A stretch of DNA of 64,000 bases from Acidobacteriota bacterium (GTDB taxonomy: Bacteria; Acidobacteriota; UBA890; WLXD01). Below the pieces are notes generated by a model, which was not told the origin of the DNA, did not search any database, and saw nothing but the letters and a program-made list of their open reading frames with translations. Location: assembly GCA_965205505.1 (NCBI GenBank), contig CBDBHB010000005.1, positions 1-64,000 on the forward strand, written 5' to 3'. The translations under genes and the position numbers were made by a program. Of the stretch, positions 61,674 through 64,000 are shown in pieces (positions within the stretch are counted from its first letter, which is position 1; each line of letters starts with the position of its first letter).

Positions 61674-63584
61674 TCAATAAGCGACAGCGGCGGTTTCCCG
61701 TCGGACGTCGCCGGCGGCGATCAGAACCCCGCTCTGAGGCTCACCGTAAGTCACCGTCGGAGCACCGGCCCGCCAGTTCCACAGCCCCCACGACTCGACG
61801 TCGTGCCCCAAGCCTCGCAACGTCTCGGCGGTCGCGAGGGGGATCCTGTCTTCGAGCTTCAGCTTGGCCGGGTTGTGGTTGATCTCGGAGCCGGTCGCCG
61901 GGAAGTTGTAGCTGCCAAACCTCGGCTGGTCGAGGGCGCTCTCGGGTGACATCTCCCACACGACGACGTTGAGTATGACCTGCAACAACGCCTGCATCTG
62001 CTGGTCACCACCCGGGGTCGAGAGGCCCATGAAGGGCGCCCCGTCTCGCATCAGCAAGACCGGGCTGTTGGTGTTTCTCGGCCGCTTCTTCGGCGCCATG
62101 ACGTTGGCTAGACTCGGGTCGAGGTTGAACTGCCCCATGCGGTTGCCGAGGCCGAAGCCCCAGCCCGGGATCATGGGTGAGTCGACATGGCCGTCGCTCT
62201 CGGTCATCGAGAACAGGTTGCCGGCAGCGTCGATGACATTCAACGAGGTGGTGTCGAGCGCCGGCCGGTTGTCTGGTGGCAACGTCTCCACCGCCGACGA
62301 TCGATCCGCAAGAAAGCGGCTGGGAGAGTCGCCAGCGACCGCGACCATCCTGGCCGGATCACCCCACGGAGGCATGTCGTCGAACGCCTTCTGCATGTCG
62401 ATGAGCTCGGCGCGTCGACGAGCGTAGTCCTTCGAGTACAGGTTCTTTGGTGTATCGACCAGCGTCGGATCGCCGACGTACTTGTGCGAGTCCGACATCG
62501 CCAGGTTGATCGCCTGCGAGATCAGGTGAATGTACGCGGGCGTGTTGTAGCCCAGGGCGCGCAGGTCGAAGTTCTCGAGAATATTGAGAAACAGGATCAA
62601 CCGCGGTCCCTGCGACCAGCCGTCACAGACATACACGTCGTGCTCCATGAACGTGGTGTGGATTGGCTCCATCCATCCACCCTCGTAGCTCGCCAGGTCC
62701 TCGTACCGAACCAGACCGTTTTCCTGACGGAAATAATGGTCCACCGCCCGGGCGGGATCGCCCTTGTAGAAGGCATCCCGGGCGGCCCGGATCCCGGCCG
62801 CTCGAGTTGCGCCGCCGGCCAGAGCTTTCTCCTCGGCAGCGATCATGTAGCGGATCAGCTTGCCGAGGTCGCTGTTGACCATGAGGTCACCGAGCCTTTG
62901 GTCGCCTATACCGTGCTGGAACCAGAAGTCGACGTTGTACGGAAACAGCAGGATGTCGTCGGTGTACTCCTCGATCAGCCACTTCTGCATCTTGTACAGG
63001 TGGTATCCGTTCTCGGCGATCTCGAGCGCCGGTCGCGCCGATGTCGCAAAGCTGATGGTCCCGTAGCGTTCGAGCGCCGCCAGCCAGACATCGACGTCGG
63101 CTGGCACCAGCGCGGTGTTGATGGCCGTCTTGCCGTGCTGCAGAAAATGGTCGAGCGTTGCCAGCGCCGGGCTGCGACCGGCTCCGACACGGGTGACGAC
63201 CTGGTCTTCGTCGGCATTGTAGAGAATCAGCGGTGCAACCCCCGTCCAACCGGCGTACGCCATCTTGGTCACCTTCAGCGCCATCGCGGCGGTGACCCCC
63301 GCATCGAAAGCGTTGCCGCCGGCCTTGAGCATCTCGAGACCGGCAGTGGTAGCCAGGTAGTGTCCGGTGGAGACGGCGCCGTGGGTTCCCATGATCCGCG
63401 GCCGCATGGCCTCGAGGCTGTTCTCGTCGTAAACGTGCCCGTAGCTGTTGAACGGAGCGATCGTTCCCATCACTCCTTCCTGGTCGCCGGGTGTCTGGCC
63501 GTTGGCCTTCGGAAAGGCAAAGGCCGCCATGCAAATCAACGTGCCGACGGCGACTCCCAGGACCGTTCTCGATTCATGACGCAT
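61674..63584 (-). CDS. Gamma-glutamyltransferase family protein
   Basis: GGNAFDAGV, AARDAFYKG, WSQGP, nucleophile DTTS, TPGGDQQ, DVRR. Confidence 0.9.
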   Translation of the reverse strand: MRHESRTVLGVAVGTLICMAAFAFPKANGQTPGDQEGVMGTIAPFNSYGHVYDENSLEAMRPRIMGTHGAVSTGHYLATTAGLEMLKAGGNAFDAGVTAAMALKVTKMAYAGWTGVAPLILYNADEDQVVTRVGAGRSPALATLDHFLQHGKTAINTALVPADVDVWLAALERYGTISFATSARPALEIAENGYHLYKMQKWLIEEYTDDILLFPYNVDFWFQHGIGDQRLGDLMVNSDLGKLIRYMIAAEEKALAGGATRAAGIRAARDAFYKGDPARAVDHYFRQENGLVRYEDLASYEGGWMEPIHTTFMEHDVYVCDGWSQGPRLILFLNILENFDLRALGYNTPAYIHLISQAINLAMSDSHKYVGDPTLVDTPKNLYSKDYARRRAELIDMQKAFDDMPPWGDPARMVAVAGDSPSRFLADRSSAVETLPPDNRPALDTTSLNVIDAAGNLFSMTESDGHVDSPMIPGWGFGLGNRMGQFNLDPSLANVMAPKKRPRNTNSPVLLMRDGAPFMGLSTPGGDQQMQALLQVILNVVVWEMSPESALDQPRFGSYNFPATGSEINHNPAKLKLEDRIPLATAETLRGLGHDVESWGLWNWRAGAPTVTYGEPQSGVLIAAGDVRRETAAVAY

Positions 63585-63673
63585 CGCGTACCACCTCCAG
63601 GTTGGACGATGTTCGGTACGAAGAGTTGCAGCCGTACCTGGTTGCCGTCAAAGTCGTGCCACGATAGTGGCCT

Positions 63674-63695
63674 CTAGTGTCTTGTAACAGAGGTT
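63674..63695 (+). repeat. Solo end, second family
   Basis: CTAGTGTCTTGTAACAGAGGTT, matching 49095-49114 at 19 of 20 positions. Confidence 0.55.
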
Positions 63696-63785
63696 CGTTA
63701 CTGGACGCTCGTCCAGCTCGAACTTACCTGAATCCTGTCACGGCTGCGAACGCCCCTTCCCGAAAACACCAACGGAGCTCCTCGC

Positions 63786-64000
63786 GTGATCTCACCCCGC
63801 ACCTCCCGGCAAGAAATCCTCGACAAGCTTCAAAAGAAGCTCGACGCACACACTCCGATCATGATCTCGAGCGCCGGCAGCGGTCTGGTGGCCAAGCTAC
63901 TCGAGCAGGCCGGCGTCGACTGCATCAACACGTTCTGCGGCGCTCGACTGCGCGCTAACGGCTGGGGAACGATGTCGATGATGTGGCCGAACATCGACTC
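63786..64000 (+). CDS. Phosphoenolpyruvate hydrolase-like TIM-barrel protein, 5' part (runs off the window)
   Basis: Manually translated from GTG 63786: SRQEILDKL...PIMISSAGSGLVAKLLEQAGVDCINTF-x-GARLRANG. Confidence 0.65.
   Translation, partial: MISPRTSRQEILDKLQKKLDAHTPIMISSAGSGLVAKLLEQAGVDCINTFCGARLRANGWGTMSMMWPNID

Overview
High-GC bacterial chromosomal window, probably Acidobacteriota. This is inferred from the QueF N-terminus, the CPCC mini-protein and a sigma54-controlled MacA/MacB-ATPase module without a permease; it is not proven. About 0-37 kb is mostly housekeeping: aminotransferase, sigma54 two-component system, RsmB/F methyltransferase, queCEDF, glutaminyl-cyclase-like M28, dacB, fdhD, SCO, a beta-oxidation operon, a TonB receptor, an M20 peptidase and Mrp. 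38-49 kb is a lexA-imuA-imuB...dnaE2 mutagenesis cassette interrupted by two opposite-strand genes. 49-64 kb is a patchwork of small accessory genes and gene fragments. Best leads: (1) a palindromic candidate LexA operator, AGAC-ATTT-GTCT, upstream of both lexA and the separated dnaE2; (2) an AhpD-like CxxU selenoprotein with an in-frame TGA and a SECIS-like hairpin, which the ORF track splits; (3) five to six intact ORFs that look like catalytically dead homologues (tyrosine recombinase, GIY-YIG nuclease, two zinc peptidases, a ferritin-like protein, a TGT-like barrel); (4) a ~270-bp CTAG-targeting MITE family, with two full copies and many solo ends at gene junctions, plus a second end motif. 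About eight or nine apparent frameshifts probably reflect sequencing or assembly indels. No rRNA, tRNA, CRISPR array or transposase was seen. All family calls come from manual motif recognition, not database searches.
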